Source: Asterionella formosa
Lineage: Eukaryota
Assembly (NCBI GenBank): GCA_002256025.1
Contig: NKIB01015105.1
Span: 1-38,255, forward strand
Direction of reading: 5' to 3'
Length of the DNA: 38,255 nucleotides
Both the position numbers and the translations under genes were made by a program. Below the pieces are notes generated by a model that did not search any database, was not told the origin of the DNA, and was given only the letters and a program-made list of their open reading frames with translations. Of this stretch, positions 1-10,080 are shown in pieces; within the stretch, counting starts at the first letter, position 1, and the number at the start of each line of letters is the position of its first letter.

Positions 1-455
1 AATTTCATTTTTTAAACAGTAAACAATATATATTTCAAAGAATAATGAAATTATATTTTTTAGATGGTCTTGAATCTGTACGACACTAAAATACCAACAA
101 CAAATTTTATTTTTTTATACTTTTTTTTATATTTTTATATTTTTAAGATTTTGAAAAACCCTAAAACACTCATTTTGACGACCTAAAAAACTACGGTGTT
201 TACCTACGATAATACCGTGATATTTAGACTGGTACTTTTAACCAAAAAAACAAAAAAATAATTTTTACCCAAAATAAACTACCATGTTTACGTACGGTAA
301 CACCGTCGTATTTGAAGGGTATTTTTGCAATCCCTAGTACCACTCAGGATCGAATATTTTGAATTGAACTTTAAAAACAAAATTACCTTTTTTTAACGGG
401 TTTGAGTTTGTATGGCGGTAAAATACATTTCATTTTTTAAATGGTCTTGAATTTT
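1..455 (+). repeat. Control-region tandem repeat: end of one ~430-bp unit (1-144) and a diverged, partly deleted copy (145-455)
   Basis: 1-~140 matches 38046-~38185; 145-425 is near-identical to 37757-38036. Confidence 0.9.
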
Positions 456-660
456 TTTTATAGGATGATACAAATAATGAGTACCATTTTTTAAGTATAA
501 TTACAAAAAAACTATAGAAACTTAAACAAATAAAATTTCTTTTGATAATTAACAATCAATTATTTTTTAGATAGCTACCACTCTGCTCTTTACAGCAAAA
601 ATACGGTAAACTGAAACAAATAAACTCTCTTTACACAATCCTTTTCTGATAAAATTAAAC

Positions 661-2880
661 TTATCCTATGAAAATACTTTCAAAATTTATTTTCTCAAAC
701 CTTAAAACATTAGAAGACTGAATCATAATAAAAGAAAACCTAGAATAATAACTTTCATTTGCTAAATAAAAATCATAAATAAAGCGCTTTAATTTTGTAT
801 TAAAAATATTTACCTTACATATATCAAATTTAAACAACCTATTTTTAATTATCTGACATTTTTTATTAAAAAAAAATGATAAATTTGAAATACCTTGTGA
901 AGCATAAGCCAAAAAAATAATATAATTTCTCAACCTATTTAAATTCCAATCCAAAAACAACAATTTCGAAGTCGAATGTAATAATTTTAAACTTTTGGAA
1001 TTTGAAAGTAATATTCTTAGTATTTCCCAATCGTTTTTTTTTTCTAAATTTGTTACTAAAATTTTAGTAGATATTTTAGTAATACCCTCAGTACTTATAA
1101 AAGTCCCAGAATTTTCAAAAAAATTTGAACTAGGTAAATACAAATACTCTGAGATTTTACTCAACAATAATTTTTTTGAACAACAACCTAATTTTATAAT
1201 AAAATACTCCACTTGTATTGCTAAATAATTTAACAATTTTAAATTTAACATTTTATTTAAATTTGATATCTCATTTAAAGAAGAATTAAAAAAAAATAAC
1301 CCAGTACTATTTAAAAAATCTTTGTTTGAAAAACCAGAAAATACATTTAAAATATTTATACCTACAGTATTCAAAGAGCTTGAAAGTAAATTAAAACCAT
1401 TCCAGGTATTTTTTTTTAATTTAGAATAAGTTTCAATTATTAGCATTGATTTAAAAAAAAAATTGCTATCAATTCTATTTGATATTCGTTGATTTAAAAC
1501 TAAAGAAGGCTTGGATGTAATAAAATATTGAGATAAAATATGATTTCCTTCAGAAATGATTTTTAAGAATTTAGGGTTAGTACTTAAAGTTTTAACCTGA
1601 TAAGTTAAATCAATCGTTGAATTCATACTAAAAATCTCAAATTTCCCTTTTAATTGTCTTTGTCTCATTTTAACATTTAAATAAAAACCTTCGTAACGTG
1701 GATTAACGCCAATTAAAAAACAAAACTTAGACTTATTAAAATTTACAGAAGTCATCAAATCATTAAATTTAAAATATTGCTCTAAATCTAAACTACTATT
1801 TACCAACATGTTCCTTCTGAGTTTAATGAATTTATACCTTTTTGAAATAAAAAATAACAAATTTATAGATTCATTATTTAGTGTACTACCAAAAATTAAA
1901 AACAATGGTTTTAATTTTAAATTATGTCTAGATAAATGATCATAAAAATAAAATAATTTAATCAACTTTTTAAATAGTCCAAACCAAATGTTATTTAATT
2001 CCTCTGTATTTAAAGAATAATCTGACGGAAACAATCCATCAAAAGAAAACCTAGTTTTATTAGAAATCCATTCCGTCTTATTAATATTAAAATTTGAATG
2101 AATTTTAATTATTTTTTTATTTTTTATTTGTAAAATAATACCTAAACCAAAACCATCTGAAAAATCTATGGAATTTATAAATTTTAGCTCCCAACTTCGA
2201 TTGATGAAAGGATAAAATTTTGATGTTAAAGCACCCACAGGACATAAATCGATCACATTCCCAGAAATTTCGGATTGAAAAGTTTTGGAAATATACGTCC
2301 CAATTTCAGTGCTAAAACTCCTACCAAAAGCACCCAAATCTTGTACACCTGCAATCTCAGTAGCAAATCGAATACACCTAGTACAATGTATACAACGAGT
2401 CATTACTGTTTTAATTATTGGACCAATATTTTTATCAATAACAATTTTTTTATAATTATAAAACCTTTTTCTTGTAAACCCAAAAAATAAAGATTGATCT
2501 TGTAAATCACACTCACCGGCTTGATCACAAATTGGACAATCTAAAGGGTGATTAAGCAATAAAAACTCTAACACATTTTCTCTAGCTTTTTTAACTAAAG
2601 GACTATTTGTATAAATTTCAGTATTTGGTAATAAAGTAGTTTTTGCATTGACTGAACAAGAAATCATTGGTTTATTAGACTGTTTTAACTCTATTAGACA
2701 CATTCTACAATTACCCGCGATTGATAACTCTTTGTGATAGCAATAATGTGGAATTTTAAACCCTAATCGTGAACAAAGCTCAATAACCGGTGAAACAACT
2801 TTCCATTTTTCAATATAATTCAAATTACTAAATTCTGCGACATAATTGTACTTATGATTATTTATCTTAAAATAACTCAA
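661..2880 (-). CDS. nad11: NADH dehydrogenase subunit 11 (NuoG/75 kDa), unsplit; probable TTG start
   Basis: Fe-S motifs CYHKELSIAGNCRMC, HPLDCPICDQAGECDLQ, RCIHCTRCIRF, DLCPVGAL. The ORF-track start at 2973 lies in antisense trnD; start at 2880 is inferred. Confidence 0.93.
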   Translation of the reverse strand: MSYFKINNHKYNYVAEFSNLNYIEKWKVVSPVIELCSRLGFKIPHYCYHKELSIAGNCRMCLIELKQSNKPMISCSVNAKTTLLPNTEIYTNSPLVKKARENVLEFLLLNHPLDCPICDQAGECDLQDQSLFFGFTRKRFYNYKKIVIDKNIGPIIKTVMTRCIHCTRCIRFATEIAGVQDLGAFGRSFSTEIGTYISKTFQSEISGNVIDLCPVGALTSKFYPFINRSWELKFINSIDFSDGFGLGIILQIKNKKIIKIHSNFNINKTEWISNKTRFSFDGLFPSDYSLNTEELNNIWFGLFKKLIKLFYFYDHLSRHNLKLKPLFLIFGSTLNNESINLLFFISKRYKFIKLRRNMLVNSSLDLEQYFKFNDLMTSVNFNKSKFCFLIGVNPRYEGFYLNVKMRQRQLKGKFEIFSMNSTIDLTYQVKTLSTNPKFLKIISEGNHILSQYFITSKPSLVLNQRISNRIDSNFFFKSMLIIETYSKLKKNTWNGFNLLSSSLNTVGINILNVFSGFSNKDFLNSTGLFFFNSSLNEISNLNKMLNLKLLNYLAIQVEYFIIKLGCCSKKLLLSKISEYLYLPSSNFFENSGTFISTEGITKISTKILVTNLEKKNDWEILRILLSNSKSLKLLHSTSKLLFLDWNLNRLRNYIIFLAYASQGISNLSFFFNKKCQIIKNRLFKFDICKVNIFNTKLKRFIYDFYLANESYYSRFSFIMIQSSNVLRFEKINFESIFIG

Positions 2881-2907
2881 CTTGATTATACAATCACTAT
2901 TTTTTAG

Positions 2908-2981
2908 GAAATTATAGCTTAACTGGTTAAAGCGTCGACCTGTCACGTCGAATATTGTGGGTTCAAATCCCATTTTTTTCG
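2908..2981 (+). tRNA. trnD: tRNA-Asp(GUC)
   Basis: Cloverleaf; anticodon arm TCGAC-CTGTCAC-GTCGA; GTTCAAATC T-loop. Confidence 0.93.
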
Positions 2982-2985
2982 TATT

Positions 2986-3297
2986 TTATTTATTTATATT
3001 TATAATTTGATTTATTTGTATTGTATTCCTAAGTTTAAAATATGTGGTTAAAATTGCTAGACCTATTGAAGACTCTGTAGCAGCAACTGTTAAAATAAAT
3101 AAAACAAAAATTTGACCTAAAATATCGTCTAAATATAATGAAAATAAAGTAAAATTAATATTTACACTTAAAAGTAGTATTTCTAGTGCAATTATTGTTA
3201 TTAAAATATTTTTTCTGTTTAATATTAATCCTAAAATACTAATAAAAAATAAAATGACTGTTATTCGTAAAGAATTTAATATATTTAAAACTAACAC
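2986..3297 (-). CDS. nad4L: NADH dehydrogenase subunit 4L; probable GTG start
   Basis: NRKNILITIIALEILLL, AATESSIGLAIL. ORF-track start lies inside trnK. Confidence 0.93.
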   Translation of the reverse strand: MLVLNILNSLRITVILFFISILGLILNRKNILITIIALEILLLSVNINFTLFSLYLDDILGQIFVLFILTVAATESSIGLAILTTYFKLRNTIQINQIININK

Positions 3298-3309
3298 TTT
3301 TTTAAAATT

Positions 3310-3382
3310 TGGATACACTAGGATTTGAACCTAGAATCTGTGGATTAAAAGTCCAATGCTTTACCTATTGAGCTATACATCC
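3310..3382 (-). tRNA. trnK: tRNA-Lys(UUU)
   Basis: Cloverleaf, anticodon loop CTTTTAA. Confidence 0.95.
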
Positions 3383-3395
3383 TTACCTTAATTTA

Positions 3396-3665
<270 letters not shown>

Positions 3666-3714
3666 TTACCCCGACCGAAGTTTCCTCAAACAAAATTGTC
3701 ATTGAAATAACTTA

Positions 3715-4116
3715 CTAAAAAAAAATTGTAGTTTTTACAGGCAATTTTGCACCACCCGTTCTAAAAGCTTTTAAAGCCGTCTTTAGATTTATACCGCAAA
3801 CTTCAAAAATAATAGAACCTCCTCTGATTTTAGCAGCCCAATGAGAAAAAGCTCCTTTCCCTTTTCCCATCCGAACTTCTGTTGGTTTAGAAGTTATAGG
3901 TTGATCAGGAAAAATTCTAACCCAAACTTTTCCTTTACGTTTAATCTTTCTAGTAATAGCCTGTCTAGCAGCCTCAATTTGTTTAGCTGTAACAAAACCA
4001 GAATTCATGGCTTTTAAACCTATAGTGCCAAACTTTAAAGAGTTTGACTTATACTCATATTTTTTTAATTTACCCTTTTTTACTTTTTTAAATTTTAATT
4101 TTTTAGGAAACAACAT
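3715..4116 (-). CDS. rpl16: Ribosomal protein L16
   Basis: QIEAARQAI, KPTEVRMGKGKG. Confidence 0.98.
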   Translation of the reverse strand: MLFPKKLKFKKVKKGKLKKYEYKSNSLKFGTIGLKAMNSGFVTAKQIEAARQAITRKIKRKGKVWVRIFPDQPITSKPTEVRMGKGKGAFSHWAAKIRGGSIIFEVCGINLKTALKAFRTGGAKLPVKTTIFF

Positions 4117-4119
4117 GCT

Positions 4120-5061
4120 CTAATTTTTATAAACAATCCAAACTTTAACACCAAAAGTCCCATTAAAAGTATACGAAATAGACTCAGAATAATCTATTTT
4201 TGTAACTAAAGTTTGAACAGGAACTTGACCAACAATAATAAATTTGGAACTAGCTTTCGATTTACCATTAAATCTCCCTTTTATTTTAATTTTTACCCCT
4301 CTTATTTTAGAAATTTTTGTTTTTTGCAATATAATTAAAATATGCTTTAACAAAAAAAAAAATTGAGTATGTTTTTTCATTTTAACTAATCTATTCGAAA
4401 TAAAATTACTTAGTAAACTAGCAGAACTTTTTAATTTGACTGACAAAATTAATAAATGAAACATATCCTTAAAAAATGGCTCCCTCAAATACCTTCTAAA
4501 AAATAAAAATTTATTTTTAAGAATTTTCTTGTCTAAATAATTCAAATTATTAAAATTTAAAGACAAACCTTTCCTAACTTGTTGAAATATAATTAAAATA
4601 TTTAATCTTCTATTTAAAAACACAGTTAAACTTTCTAAAATTTGCTCTATAAAAGAATTTTTATCTATAATTGTTTGATACCTAAACTTATTAATAAGTA
4701 AAAATTTTTCGTATCTTTTATAAATCTGCAATTTATTTTTTAAAAAAATAGAAATTTTAGACGAATTACATACTGTTTTAGTTTCAAATTTTTTTCTCTT
4801 AACTTTTGAAATATTTAATAGAATCTTAGAAGTTACAAAATAAGAAACGTATAAATGTAAAGAAGTCTCATTAAAATACATCTTGTAATCATGTAAAATT
4901 AAACCCGATTCATTTAAAAATTGATCTAAATACCTTTTTATTTGTATATTTTGAAAACTATATAAAGAAAATTCTTCTAAATTTTTTTCAAAATACTTAG
5001 ACCGCCATTCATTTTTTAAAATACCTAATCTAAATATTATAGGATTAACTTTTTGTCCCAT
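4120..5061 (-). CDS. rps3: Ribosomal protein S3
   Basis: Begins MGQKVNPIIFRLG (ATG 5061); ends GTFGVKVWI; overlaps rps19 by 17 nt. Confidence 0.95.
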   Translation of the reverse strand: MGQKVNPIIFRLGILKNEWRSKYFEKNLEEFSLYSFQNIQIKRYLDQFLNESGLILHDYKMYFNETSLHLYVSYFVTSKILLNISKVKRKKFETKTVCNSSKISIFLKNKLQIYKRYEKFLLINKFRYQTIIDKNSFIEQILESLTVFLNRRLNILIIFQQVRKGLSLNFNNLNYLDKKILKNKFLFFRRYLREPFFKDMFHLLILSVKLKSSASLLSNFISNRLVKMKKHTQFFFLLKHILIILQKTKISKIRGVKIKIKGRFNGKSKASSKFIIVGQVPVQTLVTKIDYSESISYTFNGTFGVKVWIVYKN

Positions 5062-5287
5062 TATTTTTTGAAAAAAAAAACTCTTTTCTAGTAAACGAAA
5101 ATTCACCAAACTTAAAACCTACCATTTCTTCTAACACAATAATTTTTATATTGGATTTACCATTATGAGTATAGTAAATCTTCCCAACAAAACTTGGCAT
5201 AATTTCAGAATTTCTTAAGCCTATATTTTTATAATTATTTACTTTTTGATTTTTAAAGTAAGGACCCTTCCAATTTGCTCTTGCCAT
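5045..5287 (-). CDS. rps19: Ribosomal protein S19
   Basis: MARANWKGPY, HNGK, MVGFKFGEFSFTRK. Confidence 0.97.
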   Translation of the reverse strand: MARANWKGPYFKNQKVNNYKNIGLRNSEIMPSFVGKIYYTHNGKSNIKIIVLEEMVGFKFGEFSFTRKEFFFSKNNGTKS

Positions 5288-6083
5288 TCTTCTTTAACTT
5301 TTTAATTATTTTAGGTAACAATTTTTTTTTAGTAATTTTACCCCAAGGTGATAATTTTAAACCTGACTTTTTACCTTCACCACCACCGTGTGGATGATCA
5401 ATAGGATTCATAGCAACTCCTCTAACTATAGGACGTCGATTCAACCATCTAGATCTTCCGGCTTTTCCTATGGCTCTTAAACAATAAAATGGATTGGAAA
5501 CAATTCCTATGCTTGCGAAACAATCTATGGGTATAAATTTGTTTTCCCCAGAATTCATTTTTATTAGGCTAAAACCAGAATTTTTTTCTATTAATTTAGC
5601 AAAAGTACCTGCAGAACGCGCAATTTTACCTTCTTTTTTTATTTTTAGTGAAATATTATAAATAAAACTTCCAATAGGAATTTTTTCTAAAGGTAACGAA
5701 TGCCCTAGTTTAGGTTCTGCATTTATGCCAGATTTTAAAATATCACCAACTTGTAAATTTTTAGGAGCTAAAATGTACAAATATTTTTTATCTATAAACT
5801 CATAAATAGCAGCAATATTTGCTGTTCTATTAGGATCATATTCTATAGTAGTTACAATTCCTATTGAATTCTTATAACGATCAAAACTTATTTTTCTATA
5901 ATTTTTTTTTTGACCACCACCTCTATGATATGAAACGATTTTTCCGGTACTGTTTCGACCTGTAGAATTTTTCAACCCTTTTATTTTAGATTTGATAAAC
6001 GGTTTTTTAGATTTTTTATTAGAACAAAAACTTAAATAATTTTGCGTAGCTAAAGTTTTTATTTGCATTATTTGTGGGCTCAT
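5253..6083 (-). CDS. rpl2: Ribosomal protein L2
   Basis: IEYDPNRTANIA, VRGVAMNPIDHPHGGGEG; overlaps rps19 by 35 nt. Confidence 0.98.
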   Translation of the reverse strand: MSPQIMQIKTLATQNYLSFCSNKKSKKPFIKSKIKGLKNSTGRNSTGKIVSYHRGGGQKKNYRKISFDRYKNSIGIVTTIEYDPNRTANIAAIYEFIDKKYLYILAPKNLQVGDILKSGINAEPKLGHSLPLEKIPIGSFIYNISLKIKKEGKIARSAGTFAKLIEKNSGFSLIKMNSGENKFIPIDCFASIGIVSNPFYCLRAIGKAGRSRWLNRRPIVRGVAMNPIDHPHGGGEGKKSGLKLSPWGKITKKKLLPKIIKKLKKNGKSKLEGSLL

Positions 6084-6100
6084 TAAAAAATACTTAATTT

Positions 6101-6649
6101 ATGCTATTATTACAAATAAAAAATGACATTAAAAAAAAAAAAAATTTATTAATTCACATTTATAATAACAAAGTATTAAACCAAAAACTAAAAGAAAAAA
6201 AAACCATTATTAACGATTTTAGCAACACTAAAAAATCTATTCAAAAAAAAAGGTTTCATAATTTAAACATTTTAGAAACTTTAAAATATATTGTTGGAGT
6301 TTCATTTTTGAAAAAAAATACGATTATCTATATTACTAGTAGTTGTGGTCAATTAAAATACCAATGTTCTGCGGGATTTTTAAAACTAAATAAAAAACAA
6401 AAAATAAAAATCCCATTTGTTTTAATAAAACTAACTAAAACTCTACTAAATAAAATGCCATATTTAAACCGAATCCCTATTGCATTACATTTAAATAATA
6501 TACCCAAACCATTACAATTTTTTTTTGAAGCTATTTTTAAAACTCAATTTTTTATTATTCAATTATCTAGCTTTAAATCTTTCCCGCATAATGGTTGTAG
6601 ACCTAAAAAATTAAAACGAAAAAAAAAAAAATTATTTTTTTTTGAGTAA
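6101..6649 (+). CDS. rps11: Ribosomal protein S11 with N-terminal extension
   Basis: C-terminal PHNGCRPKK motif, SAG motif. Confidence 0.9.
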   Translation: MLLLQIKNDIKKKKNLLIHIYNNKVLNQKLKEKKTIINDFSNTKKSIQKKRFHNLNILETLKYIVGVSFLKKNTIIYITSSCGQLKYQCSAGFLKLNKKQKIKIPFVLIKLTKTLLNKMPYLNRIPIALHLNNIPKPLQFFFEAIFKTQFFIIQLSSFKSFPHNGCRPKKLKRKKKKLFFFE

Positions 6650-6653
6650 TAAA

Positions 6654-6738
6654 GAAGAAATTTCCGAGCGGTTAAAGGAGACAGATTGTAAATCTGTTAA
6701 GATTTTTCTTTTCGTAGGTTCGAATCCTACTTTCTTTA
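6654..6738 (+). tRNA. trnY: tRNA-Tyr(GUA)
   Basis: ACAGA-TTGTAAA-TCTGT anticodon arm, long variable arm. Confidence 0.95.
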
Positions 6739-6745
6739 AAAATTT

Positions 6746-6819
6746 CGAAATATAACGCAGTCTGGTAGCGTGCCTGATTTGGGATCAGGAAGTCATATGT
6801 TCAAATCATATTATTTCGA
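6746..6819 (+). tRNA. trnP: tRNA-Pro(UGG)
   Basis: CCTGA-TTTGGGA-TCAGG anticodon arm. Confidence 0.95.
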
Positions 6820-7280
6820 AAAAATAATGTTTGAATTGAAAATTCTAGCTTTTTTTTTAAAAAGCTATAAAATATAATCATTGTTAGATCATACTTTATG
6901 AATTCAACTTTATTAATTTGATTTATAAAATAAAATGTTTTATTTAATTTAATGCCAATAAAAGTTAAAATGCTATTTAGTTTCAAAAAATAGGAAGAAA
7001 ATAGTTTAGGTAGAACTTTAAAAATAACAAAAATAAGAGGACTATTAATTAAAGTTTTAAATTTTTTATAAATCGATTGATTAAAAACCTTTTTTGTAAT
7101 TTTATTATGAAATTTATAATGTTTTAAATTAAAATTTTTCAATAATTTTTCAACAGTAAACCAAATTTTAGAACTAGAATCACTAATATAATACAAGAAC
7201 AAAAATTCATTTTTTTTCAATTGCTTTTTAACTTTTAAGAATGTATAATATTTTAATGTAAATTTCGTAAAACTAACCAT
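6801..7280 (-). CDS. rpl10: 159-aa basic ORF, probable divergent ribosomal protein L10
   Basis: Size and position between trnP and trnI(CAU) match the conserved diatom ORF; weak L10-like pattern (FHNKITKKVF..KTLINSP); stop overlaps trnP antisense. Confidence 0.55.
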   Translation of the reverse strand: MVSFTKFTLKYYTFLKVKKQLKKNEFLFLYYISDSSSKIWFTVEKLLKNFNLKHYKFHNKITKKVFNQSIYKKFKTLINSPLIFVIFKVLPKLFSSYFLKLNSILTFIGIKLNKTFYFINQINKVEFIKYDLTMIIFYSFLKKKLEFSIQTLFFRNNMI

Positions 7281-7292
7281 TTATTCTTATTA

Positions 7293-7364
7293 TAGGCTAA
7301 GTAGGATTTGAACCTACATTAAAACCGTTATGAGCAGTACGTTTTACCCTTAAACTATAAGCCC
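7293..7364 (-). tRNA. trnI: tRNA-Ile(CAU), lysidine type (inferred)
   Basis: GGGCTTATAGTTTAA 5' end and CTCATAA loop typical of mitochondrial trnI(cau). Confidence 0.8.
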
Positions 7365-7375
7365 TCACAATTAAA

Positions 7376-7516
7376 ATGAGAAATATAAGCATAACTCAAT
7401 TATTAATCCTATTTTTTACAATAAGTTTATTTTTTGTTGATTTAAAATCTTTTAAAAATAATATATTAAATTATTACAAACAATTCAATAAAAAAAACAG
7501 GAAAAAAGGGATTTGA
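7376..7516 (+). CDS. tatA: Twin-arginine translocase subunit TatA-like, 46 aa (not in ORF track)
   Basis: MRNISITQLLILFFTISLFFVDLKSFKNNILNYYKQFNKKNRKKGI*: short N-terminal TM helix plus basic amphipathic helix, upstream of tatC on the same strand. Confidence 0.7.
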   Translation: MRNISITQLLILFFTISLFFVDLKSFKNNILNYYKQFNKKNRKKGI

Positions 7517-7570
7517 ACCCTTGTTCTTTGGTTTTGGAAACCAATATTCTTACCGCTGAACTATTTTCCC
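7498..7570 (-). tRNA. trnW: tRNA-Trp(CCA)
   Basis: TTGGT-TTCCAAA-ACCAA anticodon arm. Confidence 0.95.
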
Positions 7571-7578
7571 TAAATAAA

Positions 7579-8277
7579 ATGTTTTACCATTTAATTCTTG
7601 AAATAAAAAACCGAACTTTTTTAATAATAACAACTTGGGTTTCTGTTTTTTTTATTACTTACCATTATAAAGAAACACTACTTTTTAATTTAATAAAATC
7701 TAACAGCACAATCAATTATTTTTTAATAACGAATGTTACTGAAGTTTTTCTTACTTATTTTAAACTAAATCAATTTTTAGCGAACTATTTTCTTACATTA
7801 TATATTTGCTACCAACTTTTTCTATTTTGTATAAATGGATTATATTATACGGAATACCTGTTTTTAAAAAATTTATTTCTATTAAATTTTATAAATTTAA
7901 TCTGTCTTATTTTATTTTTGAATTTTTTTGGAATTCCAAATATTTGGACATTCTTTTTCAAATACCAAGAATTAGTATCTAATACATTAATTCCATTACA
8001 CTTTGAAACTAAATTACTAGAATTTTTAGCTTTTTATACCTACTTTTTTCATTTAACTATCTTAAATGCAATTTTTTTTACAATTTTAATTTTTTTTTCT
8101 GTAAATACAAACAAAAACCTGCTTCTTTTAAAAAATAACAGAAAAATTTTTCATTTATTTTTACTAATCATTATTATTTTAGTAACTCCACCAGACCTAT
8201 TTAGTTTTCTTTTAATAAGTTTTATTTGGATTACTAGTTTTGAACTTATTCTATTTTTTAACTTTTTAAAGATTTAA
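7579..8277 (+). CDS. tatC: Twin-arginine translocase subunit TatC
   Basis: [27 protein letters not shown] at 7579 (ORF-track start is in antisense trnW). Confidence 0.92.
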   Translation: MFYHLILEIKNRTFLIITTWVSVFFITYHYKETLLFNLIKSNSTINYFLITNVTEVFLTYFKLNQFLANYFLTLYICYQLFLFCINGLYYTEYLFLKNLFLLNFINLICLILFLNFFGIPNIWTFFFKYQELVSNTLIPLHFETKLLEFLAFYTYFFHLTILNAIFFTILIFFSVNTNKNLLLLKNNRKIFHLFLLIIIILVTPPDLFSFLLISFIWITSFELILFFNFLKI

Positions 8278-9248
8278 TTCGATAACCAGTTAGACCCAAT
8301 CAAAATCCCAACTGCAAAAATAAGATAACCTAAAGAAAAAGGTAAAAAACATTTCCAACCAATACCCATAAGTTGGTCATACCTGTAACGAGGCAAACCT
8401 GCTCTAGTTATAATAAAAAATGTAACCCCTAAAGCTACCTTAAAACTAAACCAAAAACTCCCAGGAAAAAAATTAAATAATGGAAGCCAACCTCCTAAAA
8501 ATAAATTTGCAGAAAAAGCTGACATTAATAACATATTTGAATATTCACCTAAAAAAAATAGTGCAAATGTCATGGAAGAATATTCCACGTTATAACCTGA
8601 AACTAACTCTGCCTCTGCCTCTGGTAAATCAAAAGGATGACGATTCGTTTCAGCTAACATTGAAATACAAAAAATTATAAAAATAGGTGAAGATGGTAAC
8701 ACGTACCAACAATACCTTTGAGCTATAATTATATCAGTTAAATTAAACGAACCCGCAAATAAACATAAATTAACAACAACAAAACCAATAGAAACTTCAT
8801 AAGAAATCATTTGAGCAGTAGAGCGTAAAGCCCCTAAAAACGGGTACTTAGAATTACTGGACCAACCTGCTATAATAACACCATAAACGCTTAAAGCCGA
8901 AATTGCAAGTAAATACAGAACCCCAACATTTAAATCAGTAAAAACTATCGAATCAAAAAATGGTATAACTGCCCAACCAATCAAACTTAAAAAAAAAGTT
9001 AAAATGGGTGCAATAATAAAAACAAAAGAATTACAATTACTTGGCAATATAGTTTCTTTTGTAAATAATTTAAGTCCATCAGCAAAAGGTTGTAATAAAC
9101 CAAGCATTCCAATCACATTAGGACCTTTTCGACGTTGGATAATACCCATCCCTTTTCGCTCCACAATTGTAAAAAAAGCAACGGAAATCAATAAAGGAAT
9201 TAAAATAATCAAAATTTTAAATACAAATAATAGAATAAAAATTACCAT
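8274..9248 (-). CDS. nad1: NADH dehydrogenase subunit 1
   Basis: [34 protein letters not shown]. Confidence 0.99.
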   Translation of the reverse strand: MVIFILLFVFKILIILIPLLISVAFFTIVERKGMGIIQRRKGPNVIGMLGLLQPFADGLKLFTKETILPSNCNSFVFIIAPILTFFLSLIGWAVIPFFDSIVFTDLNVGVLYLLAISALSVYGVIIAGWSSNSKYPFLGALRSTAQMISYEVSIGFVVVNLCLFAGSFNLTDIIIAQRYCWYVLPSSPIFIIFCISMLAETNRHPFDLPEAEAELVSGYNVEYSSMTFALFFLGEYSNMLLMSAFSANLFLGGWLPLFNFFPGSFWFSFKVALGVTFFIITRAGLPRYRYDQLMGIGWKCFLPFSLGYLIFAVGILIGSNWLSN

Positions 9249-9254
9249 TTCTAT

Positions 9255-9328
9255 AGGTTAAAATTGGACTTGAACCAATATCATACGATTTGCAATCGAA
9301 TACATTAACCAACTTATGTTATTCAACC
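9255..9328 (-). tRNA. trnC: tRNA-Cys(GCA)
   Basis: Cloverleaf, loop TTGCAAA. Confidence 0.93.
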
Positions 9329-9339
9329 TTTTACATTTA

Positions 9340-9428
9340 AAGATAAGATGGGATTTGAACCCATGGTATTATAATTTAAATACAATAGTTTTCAAAACTA
9401 ACGCCTTAAACCTCTCGACCACTTATCT
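9340..9428 (-). tRNA. trnS: tRNA-Ser(UGA)
   Basis: Loop TTTGAAA, long variable arm, AGATAAG/CTTATCT acceptor. Confidence 0.93.
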
Positions 9429-9445
9429 TTTTTATAATATTTAAA

Positions 9446-9519
9446 AGCAAAAAAAGAGAGTCGAACTCTTAACTTTAATCTTGGCAAGATTACACTCTAC
9501 CAAATTGAGTTATATTTGC
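9446..9519 (-). tRNA. trnG: tRNA-Gly(GCC)
   Basis: TAATC-TTGCCAA-GATTA anticodon arm. Confidence 0.93.
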
Positions 9520-9529
9520 AACAATCTTT

Positions 9530-10072
9530 TTATATTAAAAAAGGTTGTTTAAAAGAATTAATTAAATAAAAAAACTCTTTTTGATTTGTTTTAGAGCTAA
9601 CAATTGTCAAATTTAAATTTATCAAATTTTTATTAAATAAATTATAATTATCCTCTAACTCTGCAAATAATAATTTATTGTTTAATTTATAAGAAATAGT
9701 AGAATAGTAATTTTTTCTAGTTTGGTTTTTTTGTAAACGTACTTTAAATTTATAAAATATTTCAAAAATTAGTTTAATGAAAAAATTATACATTAAGTTT
9801 TTTCGTAAAATAACCTGACAACCAATTGGATCCCCTTTTTTTATTTTAAAAAAAAGATTTGCCTTTTTTGAAATCAAAAATTTCCCTTTTTTGGAAGTAA
9901 CTAATTCTAAAGCTAAATTTGCAGTACATAATTCTTTAATACTTGACTTTTTAAAACCAAAATCTACAATAATTTTACGTATTTTAGGGATTTTTTTTAG
10001 TTTACAATAAACAAATTTATTAACTAAATCAAACTTAATAACATTGTTATAATAACTTTCAAAGAAACTCAT
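9530..10072 (-). CDS. rpl5: Ribosomal protein L5
   Basis: IPKIRKIIV, FKIKKGDPIGCQVILRK; ATG at 10072. Confidence 0.93.
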   Translation of the reverse strand: MSFFESYYNNVIKFDLVNKFVYCKLKKIPKIRKIIVDFGFKKSSIKELCTANLALELVTSKKGKFLISKKANLFFKIKKGDPIGCQVILRKNLMYNFFIKLIFEIFYKFKVRLQKNQTRKNYYSTISYKLNNKLLFAELEDNYNLFNKNLINLNLTIVSSKTNQKEFFYLINSFKQPFLI

Positions 10073-10080
10073 TAAAAAAT

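Noticed and set aside
7498..7570. UGA=Trp recoding as in some diatoms
   Set aside because: Conserved Trp positions translate under the standard code, TGA terminates nad5 and rps13, and only trnW(CCA) is present
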